NCBI RefSeq assembly: GCF_964355755.1
Contig: NC_092671.1
Coordinates: 34,854,304 to 34,918,303 of the forward strand
Length of the DNA: 64,000 bases
Reading direction: 5' to 3'
From: Antedon mediterranea
Lineage: Eukaryota > Animalia > Echinodermata
Positions 12,458 through 24,149 of this stretch are shown here, in pieces. Numbering within the stretch: the first letter of the stretch is position 1; every line of letters starts with the position of its first letter. Position numbers and translations under genes: made by a program. The notes beneath the pieces are model-generated. The model saw nothing but the letters and a program-made list of their open reading frames with translations, was not told the origin of the DNA and searched no databases.

Positions 12458-12878
12458 GTAAGTATTCTGTCTGTTTAAATGTAGCTAAGAATACGAATAA
12501 TTTCCAGGATTGACCTGGAATGTTTGGTCATGCCAGTTCAAAAGAAAGCAAAGATTCTCTTTCCCTGCCAATTTGCTAAAAAAATATGCAAAATATAAGA
12601 ACTTTGTTTCTGATTTATGTAAACAAAAGGACAATATAACACGTTGCCGAACAATTTTGATGATCTTTTGACCTTTCTAGATAGGTTTATCTTTCTCTAA
12701 GATAACAAGTTTGTATGTGGAACAAGTAAGCCATTATTTAACTGCTACTGATTTTAGCATGCTAAAGTTTTTCGGTCATGTGAACATCATTCTGTGGTAA
12801 AAGTTTATAATATATACATCATTTTGACACAGTAATAGGTATGTATTGTACATTATAATGTACTCTTATTTTCTTTAG

Positions 12879-12995
12879 GTTTGCATCAATGTTATCAAAT
12901 GTTACACAGTTGCTGCTCAATTTGAAGCATGTCGAGAAAAGATCACAGAGATTCCGACTATTATTAAGGATTTATCAAAGACGTTATACTTCCAG
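12879..12995 (+). CDS. DNAJC13: DNAJC13 exon ([22 protein letters not shown]...LYFQ)
   Basis: GT-AG, in frame. Confidence 0.92.
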
Positions 12996-13934
12996 GTATG
13001 TACGATTTATTTTACTCTGGAAACATTTCAAACTGAAGAGAAACGTTCCAACGAACATAAACCATATACGACTTGCCGCCGACATTGTACTTTTTTCAAC
13101 TAGTAATCTATGCTGAACAAACTAAAAAAAAATGCTCCCATTTTAACCGTGAATGAAAGCTCTGAGTCTAAAACCTGTTTTGGACAACTTTTTTTGCACA
13201 TTTTATTTTTTTAATGTGTACACAGACGTCCCAAGTTGAAATAACAAAATTTGGGGTAAACAATAGAGGGTGTGCTATAATAATTTGTAATTATATAGAT
13301 GGCGCTATATAAGCTAATATTAAGTATAATATTACAAAAAATCATCCTCATCTGGGATATCCAATACCAAATTGAAGGCCTACGTACCTATGTTCAGTAA
13401 TAAAATAATGGATAATGCCAGACACCTTCAAGCATGGTATAGACTAGCCATCTAGGCCTACGATTATTTTGTTATAATAGAGTACACTTTTTCTTCACTA
13501 AATAAGTGTTTCACTGACGTTTGCATGTAAAAAATCTTTTTAAAGTAAGTCCTTCACTCACCTCGTGAGTGGACACCGCCCTCTACTCTACTGACAAATT
13601 GTTGCAGTTGACGCATATCAATACAACAATACACATTTGTACTTGGTTTGGCAGTTGATAGATGGCTGTTAATTTGTGAAACAAAATGCCTAAGAAATGC
13701 TTTTTTTTAAATACTGCCCGTCATTATAAACAGTGCCAGGATTGGAAAATGTTGGTTAATTTCAGGCCTTGGCATATATTGTCCAGATTTGCAGGGGAAA
13801 ATAACCAATTTTCGAGGATCTGGGGATCTGCATTAAAAATCGGAACAAAATTGCAAATTTCAGGGACTGGTGTACAAATTTATTTATTTAAATTGTAATT
13901 AGTGTTACATAAATTAATATTCTCTGTTTTTCAG

Positions 13935-14114
13935 AAACTTTCAGCACTGTGTGCTGTTGCTGCTAACTGTGTTAGTGCCTTTTCTGTCAGCAAGTTCATG
14001 CAGGATAGTCTGATGCAAGCTGGTGTAATATGGCATCTCTTGCTCTTCTTGTTCCAGTATGATTTCACGTTAGAAGAATCGGGGGTTGAGAAAAGCGGGC
14101 AAACAAACCAACAG
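13935..14114 (+). CDS. DNAJC13: DNAJC13 exon (KLSALCAV...YDFTLEESGVEKSGQTNQQ)
   Basis: GT-AG, in frame. Confidence 0.93.
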
Positions 14115-14137
14115 GTAATATTTAGATGTGTTTTTTA

Positions 14138-14260
14138 AGCTCTGTCTAGACTATCAAACTAAATGTGATGTGCCAAAATACGGACATGATGATGTCATAT
14201 CACTACCATATTTGGGCACATCACACTTTTTTTGTCTAGTTTGATAGTGTAGACAGAGCT
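14138..14260. mobile_element. PIF/Harbinger-like (Tourist-type) MITE, family agctctgtctacac...gtgtagacagagct
   Basis: TIRs, TAA/TTA flanks and internal palindrome gtgatgtgcc..ggcacatcac. Other copies at ~9191-9278 (partial), 14796-14950, 42339-42480 and ~46157-46253. Confidence 0.75.
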
Positions 14261-14795
14261 TTAATGTTGTGAGCGCAAGATTCAGTTGCATGCCAGCGTT
14301 TTTGAAAATGGTTGTTGCACATCAGTAGTTGTGACATCATTGAGTGGTTGTTGTTGTATGTTAACAGTGCCTTCCCTGACACAATATTAACATATTTAAA
14401 GAAACCGATGATGTGATCACCTGCTTCCATGGATAGTTGCAATTGTTTTAATCTAGAGTTTACACCGAACCCAGATTCCGGTGGCTGGATAAAAAAATTA
14501 CAAAAACTGGTTTGGTTAGCTTTTGATTTGTGATGACCGACGACCAAACTACGTCATATTGTGCACAATGGAAATATATGTTTGTGTGTCCTTGCTCCCC
14601 GCCTCGACTCATGTTTGATGGTTTCTGGGTCCAGACGATGACCGACCACACATCAAATGACCTGACCTAGGTTGGTCATTGATTTTCGCAAAACGAACGC
14701 TCCTTAATAATTTTTTTAAGATGTAAGAGTTTTTTCTGGCCACCAGACCATATTTAGACTCGGTGTGAACATAGCTTATGCTGATTCTTTTCTAA

Positions 14796-14950
14796 AGCTT
14801 GTCTACACTAACAAACTAGTTTAAGAAAAATAAATGTGATTTTCCCAAATATAGTAGTAATATACCCAAATATGGTAGCTATATGAGCTGTCCATATATG
14901 GGCACATCACATATTTTTTGTCACATAAATTTGATAGTGTAGACAGAGCT
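14796..14950. mobile_element. Harbinger-like MITE copy
   Basis: Same TIRs and internal sequence as 14138-14260. Confidence 0.72.
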
Positions 14951-15577
14951 TTAAGCTGCCTTTTTACGATAGTTCTGTTTTAATCAAGTCCCTTTGTTTG
15001 TTTTTTTCACATGGTTTATCCTCTGGACAGACAAATCTTCAGGTTTGATAGTCAAATTCATAGATTTTTGTGGTTGGTTACGGCATAAATTAACACAAAA
15101 CTTTAGACAAATATTTAGTTTTTTCTTCCGCTGTATGTATTTTATTAGATGTAGTCTGGTATTAATTTTAATAATTGTAATAATAGCAATGTCTCAATAT
15201 AAGGTGATGGTGATAATGCAATTAGTTTATCAGTTTTAATAATAGTTATATGTAGAAGTATAATTATTATAATACAAACTAAATAGTTTAACTTTCGAAT
15301 GCTTTGTTGTCTTAAACATTTTTTATGTATCTTCTCCATTAACAAGCTAAGCATAATTTTGACCTGGTAGCTTTCGGGCATTTTATAGCAAAATTAGACT
15401 CTCAAAATTATTTTCTTATTTTCTTATGTGTTCATTTTTGCAATAGCTCCCTCAACAAATATATAAAAAGTTTAAAATATGAGTCATTGAATACTTGGAA
15501 AATCATGGAATTTTACCAATTTTGTAGCTTAAAAGGTCATGGAAAGTTTGACTTTCATTAAAAAGTAAAGGAAAGTA

Positions 15578-16255
15578 CCGTACTGACGCGGGTATAAGCC
15601 CATACTCGGGTATAAGCCCACCCCCGACTTTTGACTAATTTTCATGAAAAATGAGGCACTCGGGTATAAGCCCACCCATTAATTCGAAGATCTACAGTGT
15701 GTGTCGTAATACATTATTTTGTATTTGGCGACGTCCATACACTGAATACACCTACCTTTGATCATAACCAAGCTAGGCTAACATACGCTAGGCCATATGA
15801 GGCCTAGCGGTCCTGTTTTGTTTACACTCCATCGCGGTCGACGATCGCTTCACACACGACGCTACAAGTCGCCAAAACGGAAAACCACTATTTGGTATCG
15901 GCTGCCATAAACAAGCTTATTAAATTTCTTTGGTACATTTCTATTTAACGAACATTGTATACTTGCTTTTCTGCTTGATAAATTCTTGTTCAATTGATGT
16001 TTAAAATAAGATATTCTACGATAAATTACACGAACTATAAGCTTAATTTTCCAACACTGTACACCTCGTGTATTTAGAGGCAACGTCGTACACGTGAGGG
16101 CGCTCGCTCGCATGGTGGACACAGTGTACATGTGCTGTTTTTGACGATCTGCATTTTTGGATCCTTGGGTATAAGCCCATCCCTGCCCCCCCCCCCCCCA
16201 AACTTGACGTGATTTCATGTTCAAGGGGGGTGGGCTTATACCCGCGTCAGTACGG
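15578..16255. mobile_element. Tc1/mariner-pogo-type MITE with TA TSD
   Basis: ta|ccgtactgacgcgggtataagccca ... tgggcttatacccgcgtcagtacgg|ta; internal repeats of gggtataagccca. Confidence 0.85.
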
Positions 16256-16481
16256 TAATGGCAAACAAAATATAATACACTGAAAAATATCTGCTTTTTT
16301 ATTGGACGCCTGCAGTTTAGGACAATTATTTTGCTTTACTGACTTTCTATTCCACTCTTGTAAATCTGTTTCAAACATCAGGGAATTTTGGCTAAAAAAA
16401 TAAATGGGAAGTCATGGAAATTAATTAACATTAAAGTGTATGAACATCATGTTGATTTAACAAAATATTTTTATTTTGTAG

Positions 16482-16649
16482 GAAGTGGCAAATGATCTAG
16501 CCAGAAGGAGTCTAGTGTCGTTAGGAAGGCTTGCTGGGTTCACATCAGGGGAGGAAAAGACACCAGAAAATTTACCAATTCAGAAATGTCTGAACATACT
16601 TTTAACACCATACCTTGCAAGGCAGCTAGGAACAGAAAATCCAAATGAG
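16482..16649 (+). CDS. DNAJC13: DNAJC13 exon (EVANDLARR...TPENLPI...NPNE)
   Basis: GT-AG, in frame. Confidence 0.93.
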
Positions 16650-16754
16650 GTACGAGTAAAGGTTACTTTAGTCTGGCAGCTGCTTATGTGTTTGTGACGG
16701 ACTCTATAGTTATAATGGTATAACAACTGATCTTCTATTTTGTTCAATTTATAG

Positions 16755-16862
16755 GTTCTAAAGGTTTTAAACAGTAACACAGAAAATCCATATTTAATTT
16801 GGGACAACTCAACAAGGGCAGAATTATTAGAATATTCTCACAGACACCAGACATCAAAACAA
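16755..16862 (+). CDS. DNAJC13: DNAJC13 exon ([26 protein letters not shown]...)
   Basis: IWN-type repeat motif. Confidence 0.92.
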
Positions 16863-16884
16863 GTAAGATGATATTACTGATATC

Positions 16885-17110
16885 TTAAAATTGGACAAAT
16901 TTTTTTTAAATAAAGTTGTAGAAATTCATTTTTATTTAAAAGTTGGACAAATACATTTTTATGTGAAAGTTGGAAAATTCATTTTTTTTTAAGATGGATA
17001 AATTAATTTTTATGTAAAACTAAAAGTTGGAGAAATTCATTTTTATGTGAAAGTTGGAGAAATTCGTTTTTATGTGGAAGTTAGAGAAATTCATTTTTAT
17101 TTGAAAGTTA
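16885..17110 (+). repeat. ~26-bp degenerate minisatellite (gaaagttggagaaattcatttttatgt) filling an intron
   Basis: About 8 visible copies. Confidence 0.8.
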
Positions 17111-17133
17111 TAACAATTTTTTTTTAATTTTAG

Positions 17134-17250
17134 GGCATTCCTAAGGATGAAATGGCAGCAGACTTCACATTCAGCGCCCATTCTAAGGAGTTGGTAATTG
17201 GTGAAATATTTGTGCGCGTGTTCAATGAACAACCTTCATTCCCATTAGAG
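17134..17250 (+). CDS. DNAJC13: DNAJC13 exon (GIPKDEM...[22 protein letters not shown])
   Basis: GT-AG, in frame. Confidence 0.93.
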
Positions 17251-18213
17251 GTAAGGCGTTTGTTGTTGTCTTATTAAGACGCGTCCTGCTTAAGGCGGTA
17301 TTCCAAGACGCTTCTAACAATAAGCTGATCTAATTAGCGAACCATTATGAATATTCATTAGCTTGAGTAGACGAGCCTGATCCCTGCTCACTATTGTTCA
17401 GAGTTCACTGCAACTTGAACACCAAACTAGTTTAAAACGCACCTAGCCAAAACTGAAATTCCAGTCGCTTCAAGTCATGATTTCGATTGTCTAAAGTCAT
17501 CCAACCTTCCGGCGAGTGTAAGATGGAGAGTCACTCTTTCGTAGATACATAGTATATGCCTCAAAGAAGATCGAAGATTACCTAGTAGACACAACCATGT
17601 CCGACGAATGATGACAATTGTTTAAATTGTTATTTTAAGAGAAAACGCAAAGTAAAATTAGATAGGTCTAGGTCTTAGTTTGAACTAAGACTTCATTAAA
17701 GCTTGGTTCCCACTTAGATGCAAAGACATAAGTGTGCCACAAGTAATTTGACCAATCACGATGCAGTGGATCATCCAATCTGTCACTACTGATTGGTCAG
17801 TCACTTGCATTGCGCCTACATTGTTGTGTTGCATTCAAATTAGAACCAAGCTTAAAAGATGTAGTCAAAGTTTGCAGTTCGACTAAATAAAGTCGGACTT
17901 TGTTGAGTTTACGATTGCTTGTACAATACATCTATAATGTGACCAATCAGATTACAACTAAACAGGCATGGCGTGGCATGCATCTTACACTTTTTGATGG
18001 ACATACATACACAGAAGATTATGTCTGATTTAAACATTTGCATTTTAACTAAAATGACATCATTTTTTTTTTTCAGTTTTACTTTCGAGCTATGGCTAAA
18101 GTTTGTTTAAGAATATGACCCTTTGTTACTGAAACTAAAATTGTTCATAAACAGATAAATTTCAAGAAAGAAAAAAATGTTTTCATTATATTAATTATGA
18201 CTTTTTCCACCAG

Positions 18214-18489
18214 GATCCAAAAGCATTTACAGTCAGCCTTCTGGACTACCTAGGCTCCATGGCCCAGTACTTGCACTCACTCATGGCCCTTACCTCAAAG
18301 GATGTTGATACTAGCAAGAACAGTCAGCAAGCATCAAGGCTAACCAACTCAGAGATGGCGCTAGAGGGCCTTCGCAACGTCATCAGGAACAACCCTGGAA
18401 CAGAAGCTAAATGTATAGGACATTTTAAATTGCTCTTTTCACTTTTAAGGATAACTGGTGCTGCTAAACTTCAACAATTAGCATTAGAG
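18214..18489 (+). CDS. DNAJC13: DNAJC13 exon ([14 protein letters not shown]...QQLALE)
   Basis: [12 protein letters not shown] motif. Confidence 0.94.
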
Positions 18490-18891
18490 GTATTTTAATA
18501 TTTTACTATTTATGATTTTAGTATAATAATCAGGTCATTGGAAGTTTCTTGGAATCAAAATAAAAGTTCTTTAAATTGTTTCCTTTTTATCAAATCTCTA
18601 CATTAATTTTTGAACTCATGTATGATTCTATGCTGATGGCTTTTAACTGAGCATTTTTAATGCAATCTGGCTTAGGTACAAAAAACATAAAACTTAAACT
18701 TTGTTTAATGAGGGTGACTCATAACAGCTGAGGCTGACATGCATAAGGCCCTCAAATCAAATAAAAAATGGGACTGATACAAACATGAAAAACAAGAAAA
18801 AAAATGGAAAAAATTAAGTATGTATATCATTGAGAAAACCAATCACCTCAAAATTTATTTTACAACATGCGTTATTTTGATCATGTTATAG

Positions 18892-19066
18892 GTGATATGC
18901 AGTGTGACTAGTAGTAAGGATTGTGTGGACAACATCGCCGATTCAAATGTCATGGCATATCTCCTACTGGTTCTTCACTCGTTACCTACGGGGCGACTGA
19001 CGGCATTAGAAACCATGTATGCCCTTATGTCAAATACGAAAATTGTCAAAGAGTCAATTAGTAAAG
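18892..19066 (+). CDS. DNAJC13: DNAJC13 exon (VICSVTSSKDCV...ESISK)
   Basis: GT-AG, in frame. Confidence 0.93.
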
Positions 19067-19296
19067 GTACGAACGATTTTTTAAATTAATATAAAATAAA
19101 AAGGGTCTATGGGAATATTTTTGTTTTGGGACAGTTTTCCTCTTCGAAGAGGAAACTATTGTTCAAACCAAATTAAATTAGGCTTCATAGATTGTGAATA
19201 CAATAATTTATTTATTATTTATCATTAACTAAATTTGTATTAAATCTATTGTTTATTTTTTTTAATGATTTTGTTATTAAATATTTTTATTTATAG

Positions 19297-19497
19297 GTAT
19301 TATCATCTATTTACTGGACATGTTCTGTAATTCAACGAATCCAACAGTTCGTGAGAAGACCGCGGAACTGCTTGCCAAGATTATGACGGACAAGCTGATG
19401 GGGCCTCGTATCAGAATACTGTTGTCAAAGTTCTTACCGCCTGTGTTTATGGACGCTATGAGAGACAGTCATGAGGCCAGTATACACATGTTTGAAG
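19297..19497 (+). CDS. DNAJC13: DNAJC13 exon ([12 protein letters not shown]...HMFE)
   Basis: [13 protein letters not shown] motif. Confidence 0.94.
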
Positions 19498-19744
19498 GTA
19501 ATGGTACAGTATTAATAAAACAAGGATGCAAATGAATATAAACATTTCTTTTTCATCAAACCAATGGTAAAATACGAAATTAGATGGTAAAATACAAAAT
19601 TAAATAGTAAATACCTCATTTCATTTCAAATAAACATTTATTTTCTTCCTTTAAAATCATATAAAATAAACAAAAATAAGTAACATATTAAGAGTACATT
19701 TTAAAAAGACTGAGAAATCAATTAAAAACTTTTTATTTTTTTAG

Positions 19745-19826
19745 GTGTTCATGAAAATCCTGAGTTAATCTGGAATGAAGAAGCACGAGAGAAAGTGTCG
19801 TCAGTTGTCAAAAAGATGAAAAATGA
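19745..19826 (+). CDS. DNAJC13: DNAJC13 exon (VHENPELIWNEE...)
   Basis: ENPELIWN motif. Confidence 0.93.
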
Positions 19827-20017
19827 GTAAGAAATAAAAAATATCAATGGCCCATGCTCTTGTCATACTGTACTATCAATAATCATCAATGAATAATATA
19901 ATCCCCATTTAATATAATGATAATTAAAACATTCCTTATTAAACAGCGCAGTGTACTGCTGGGTTTCCCATTGCACACTATTCAGGCCTACAATGTTGCA
20001 CAACAATAAAAAAAAAA

Positions 20018-20261
20018 CATAGTACCTTCAATCTTTGATGTGGCACTGAAAACGTACCGTGCGATAGGACCTTCAATCTTTGAAGTGAACATGGAACATA
20101 TAACTGCAATAGGACCTTCAATCTTTAAAGTGGCATGGAAAACGTACCATGCGATAGTACCTTCAACCTTTGAAGTCGCACAGAAAACGTACCATGCAAT
20201 AGTACTTTTAATCTTTAAAATAGGCACAGAAAACTATCCATGCAATAGTACCTTCAATCTT
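20018..20261 (+). repeat. ~45-bp minisatellite (atagtaccttcaatctttga...gaaaacgtaccatgc), ~5.5 copies
   Basis: Periodic repeats visible; source of ORFs 19988-20227 and 20040-20318. Confidence 0.85.
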
Positions 20262-20349
20262 GCACGGAAATCAACCAAGCAAATGGATTCCATATATTAT
20301 TTTGATGTGCAGAATTGAAAACCTTATTCTTTATTCTTTTATTTTATAG

Positions 20350-20392
20350 TCATTTTAATACTCAAAAAGACAACCCAGATGCTACGTGGAAG
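20350..20392 (+). CDS. DNAJC13: DNAJC13 small exon (HFNTQKDNPDATWK)
   Basis: tatag| ... |gtaagt; phase consistent with neighbours. Confidence 0.9.
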
Positions 20393-20587
20393 GTAAGTAC
20401 TGGAATATATAAGTTATTTGTGTACATTTACACTTTAAGCTAGTTACTGTTGCGTGTGGGATCACGATAAAAGACAAGGTTTGTGATCAAAACACAATAA
20501 TTCGTAGGTTCGCGATCAAACAATGCCCCATGATGATTGCGTCACCTGCTTTTAATCAGTCGTAATTAAATCATTACTATTTACTAG

Positions 20588-20761
20588 CTACCAGAAGAAT
20601 TCGCCGTGGTATACACGGATGTGGAAGGAGAGCTGATGATTGCTGGCGTATTTATCCGTCTGTTCATCTCGCAACCAAGCTGGGTTCTTAGGAAACCACG
20701 AGAATTTATGGTAGAACTATTTGAAAAGTTTACAGAATTAATTACAAAGAACAATCCAGAT
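20588..20761 (+). CDS. DNAJC13: DNAJC13 exon (LPEEFAVVY...WVLRKPREF...NNPD)
   Basis: GT-AG, in frame. Confidence 0.93.
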
Positions 20762-21188
20762 GTGAGTTAATTGATTTTCATTGATATATAGTAGAACCCC
20801 TCTTATGGAACATCTCTTTGCAGAGGACATCCCATTAAGGGGACATATATTATACACTATGACGAGTGGCGTAACGCAGGGGCCTGAGGCTCCTAGCTTA
20901 GGAACCCCAAGTGGCCCTCAACTCTGGAAGCCTTGGGTGTTTTTAGCCTTTTTCGACATATTTTAATGCCTGGGCACTGCTTAGGGCCCCCATAAGATCC
21001 GGGGCCAGTAAGCGCTCATAGCCGTTCCACCACTGACTGACCAACCCTTAGTCATAGGATGCTATATTAAGGGTACACTCCTATTAAGGGAACACATTTG
21101 GGAAGTGTAAAAAACAAATGCAAGTTTGATTGTAATGAATTTGTTTTTCTTTTATATTTATTCAAGAAAATGTTTTATTGTTTTAAAG

Positions 21189-21368
21189 GGCCAAGTATTA
21201 GAGGCAGTAACAACAGCCATGGTAAACTTCTTCATTGCACAGCCTACCTACGCTGAGCAAGTACCACAGCTAGGCCACATTCCAACGATCTTTCATGCCA
21301 TGGGATCACGTAATAGCGCCATTCCAAAGTCAAGTATGCTGGTGGTTCACAGACTAGTTGAAAGCGAG
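21189..21368 (+). CDS. DNAJC13: DNAJC13 exon (GQVLEAV...RLVESE), followed by a GC donor
   Basis: GAG|gcaagt is the only nearby donor that keeps frame with the next exon. Confidence 0.88.
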
Positions 21369-22618
21369 GCAAGTAATAGTTTAATTTTGCTCACATTACC
21401 ATGAACAGTTTACTCGATATTCAGTATATCAATGGTTCAGATATGGAAAGCAATTGAGGATGATGATTGATTTACGAAAAAACGCTTCCTTGATAATTCT
21501 ATCAGACTTTTTAGGAATTGTTCATCAGAGTAATTTTGTAGCTCTGTTGTATAATTTAGATATTGGGTTTTTTTTATATGTCTTAATAACATTTTTTTGC
21601 ACTTGTATATCAAATGAATTTCCTTTTTGACAAAGAAAATGAACTATGTATCATATTACATACACAGATAAAGAAAAAAAATAAATTTCTGTTTACATGT
21701 AGCCTACATAATGATGAGGAACAATGTGAATTCATCTAATTGTTGTTTATCATCTGTAGTATGAATGGGCATTAAAAGTGCTAACAAAAAAGAAATTGCA
21801 CAGTACAGTATTTTGTTATTGCTATGTATTTATTTTAGTTTACAAAAATGCAAATTGCTTTATAAAGCACACAAAATGTTAACAGAAATAGGATACAAAT
21901 TGTATTATACAAATACACAATCAATATTTTTATAAACAAATTGCAAAATATTGTTTCAAGATTTGAATTTCGAAGAAATGTTAGTAAATTTAAGATTTGC
22001 GGTATAGCATGTAATTCCTAATATGGAAGTAAGCTCTCAACTTTGTAATATTTCCTTTTTAGGAGTTAAATCGTAAACCGCACCCTTATTGAAAAATAGT
22101 AATAATTGAACTGCCTTATAAATCAGGTCATTACAATTGTATGTCAATACACTCAAACTGAACTGGCTTTTATTCAAAACTGGAAACTTTCCCAAAACTA
22201 GAATTTTCTTTTTTGTGGGTCCTACAACTTAATAAAGACAAAAAAATGCTAAAACATTCAGAAACCCCAACTGAATTATGGACCCATAGTGTCTGGTTTT
22301 GGGAATGATGACTGTATTAATAATCAGAGACTTTGGCCCTTAATTAATGTATACTCTCAGCCAGTGTTCTTAAATGTTAAAACATAAAGAATCAATACTT
22401 AGTTAGTCTTAATTATTTTTAAACAATATAATAGTATCTATTTATTAAATAGCTTTAAAAGTAAACATAAATATACAAGTTACAGTACATAAGAAACAAC
22501 AAACCATTGGCTAACTCTATATTTTACTCAATAAAATAGAATTGATGTTATTGTCTGTTTCTTAAATCTTGCATTTGTGACCAACAACTGATAAATTTAT
22601 CACCTGTTATCAATTTAG

Positions 22619-22759
22619 GCGTGCGTGCGAAGCATGGCACAAAGTGACTGTATCGGTCCATTAATGGTGGGAATGAGAAAGAGGCCAGACCAAACTGGGG
22701 TAGCCTGTGAAGCCATGCATAAAATGTTCCAAAGAAATTACCCAGAACTTGTAGTACAA
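22619..22759 (+). CDS. DNAJC13: DNAJC13 exon (ACVRSMAQSDCIGPLM...ELVVQ)
   Basis: tttag| ... |gtaagt. Confidence 0.92.
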
Positions 22760-23754
22760 GTAAGTTGTATTATTTTGCTCATATTAGAATAACAATCAGG
22801 TAAATATGTATCCTGTGCTGTATCTACCCTGTTTTTAGGTCACCCAAATAAACACATTTATTTTCAAGACAATCATTAAAAAAAAATAAGATATAAGATA
22901 ATATATTTTATCGTCTTTTTATTGCCATTATGTTACTTATTTTATTTAAATTCCTTTTTTTTTTTTTTAAATGTAAAATAACGAATGCAAATATGGTTTT
23001 AAAGACATAAAAATCAATCATTTTATGTACAGTATATACAGCAAATGTTTTTATTACAACTACTTTTAACGTTGTAACATATAAACGAGAGGGAAAAATA
23101 TGCTTAAAAAATATATAGAGCATGATAATAAAAGTGGGACGAACCCACACAAGACAAAAAAAAATATACATTTGAATGTGAAAAATTGCATTTAAATTTT
23201 AAAATGTAGGCATGTTAAAAGTCATCAGTGTAAAATATGTGATAGGAAAAATTCAGATACAAACACTAGAAATTCATGTAGTCACTTAAAGATGTATTTC
23301 CCCCTTAAAAAATAATTCTTAAAATAATTTTTGTTGTTGAATTTGCATTTTAATGTCACATAATAGCTATCCATTTTGACCAAACATTGGATCGAAAAAT
23401 TTTTATTTGCCTGAAAAAAACTGTAATTTAAAGCAAAAAAAATAGTCAAATTGGCTGCCAGCCAATGGAATTTAACAATTAATTTTATCATTTTATAAAT
23501 GAAAACATTAATTTCTTTCTTTTTTTCTACGGAAGTGATTAACTTTATTAGAACTACAAAATAACCTATTCAAAGTCTGATTTAATTTTCATATTTTTTG
23601 GGGGACAATACATCTTTTGTACATGTACAGTATATTATATAAAAACTATTTAGTATACTAAACAGGAGATTCAAGTTTATTTACAGGTAAACATAAAAGG
23701 ACATTTTTCACCAAATGAAAGATGGGTTTAAAAATGTAATGTTTTTCGGTTTAG

Positions 23755-23895
23755 GCCCTTGAACGTGACCTGATACCCTTCCTATTAACGTTACTTGAGA
23801 GTGGTATGCGAGAGCTACCAAACCCAGCAGGTATCAAAGCGCAGATTGTCAAGTCCATCAAGGCCATGCTGACTTGTTTGGAGAATGGTGAAAAA
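23755..23895 (+). CDS. DNAJC13: DNAJC13 exon (ALERDLIPFLL...KAQIVKSIKAM...GEK)
   Basis: GT-AG, in frame. Confidence 0.92.
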
Positions 23896-23949
23896 GTAGG
23901 CTTTAAATATACATTTTTACTTTTTGCAACTTTTTGATATAGGTTGTAA

Positions 23950-24142
23950 AGGCAGGCACAGACGAGCGGTAATGGTAAGCCTTAAATGGCAAGCGAAAAT
24001 ATAGAATCTATGTTATTTCTTATGACCATTTACACAAAACGCAGAGCGAATGGGCGGGTTGAACAGAAACCTGCTCAGGATAGATAAAGACAAGCACATT
24101 GTTTTCTGCTTACCGTTACTACTCGTCTGTGTGAATTGGTCT
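23950..24142. mobile_element. Degenerate Harbinger-like MITE immediately 3' of the nested Ig gene stop codon
   Basis: Imperfect TIRs cacagacgagcggtaatggtaagc / gcttaccgttactactcgtctgtg; taa/tta flanks. Confidence 0.55.
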
Positions 24143-24149
24143 TTATGTT

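Noticed and set aside
16826-16862. Possible frameshift in a DNAJC13 exon ([11 protein letters not shown] is divergent)
   Set aside because: The exon is 108 nt and joins the next exon in phase 0; this is local divergence only.
19988-20318. Repetitive ORFs on both strands
   Set aside because: Products of the intronic ~45-bp minisatellite.
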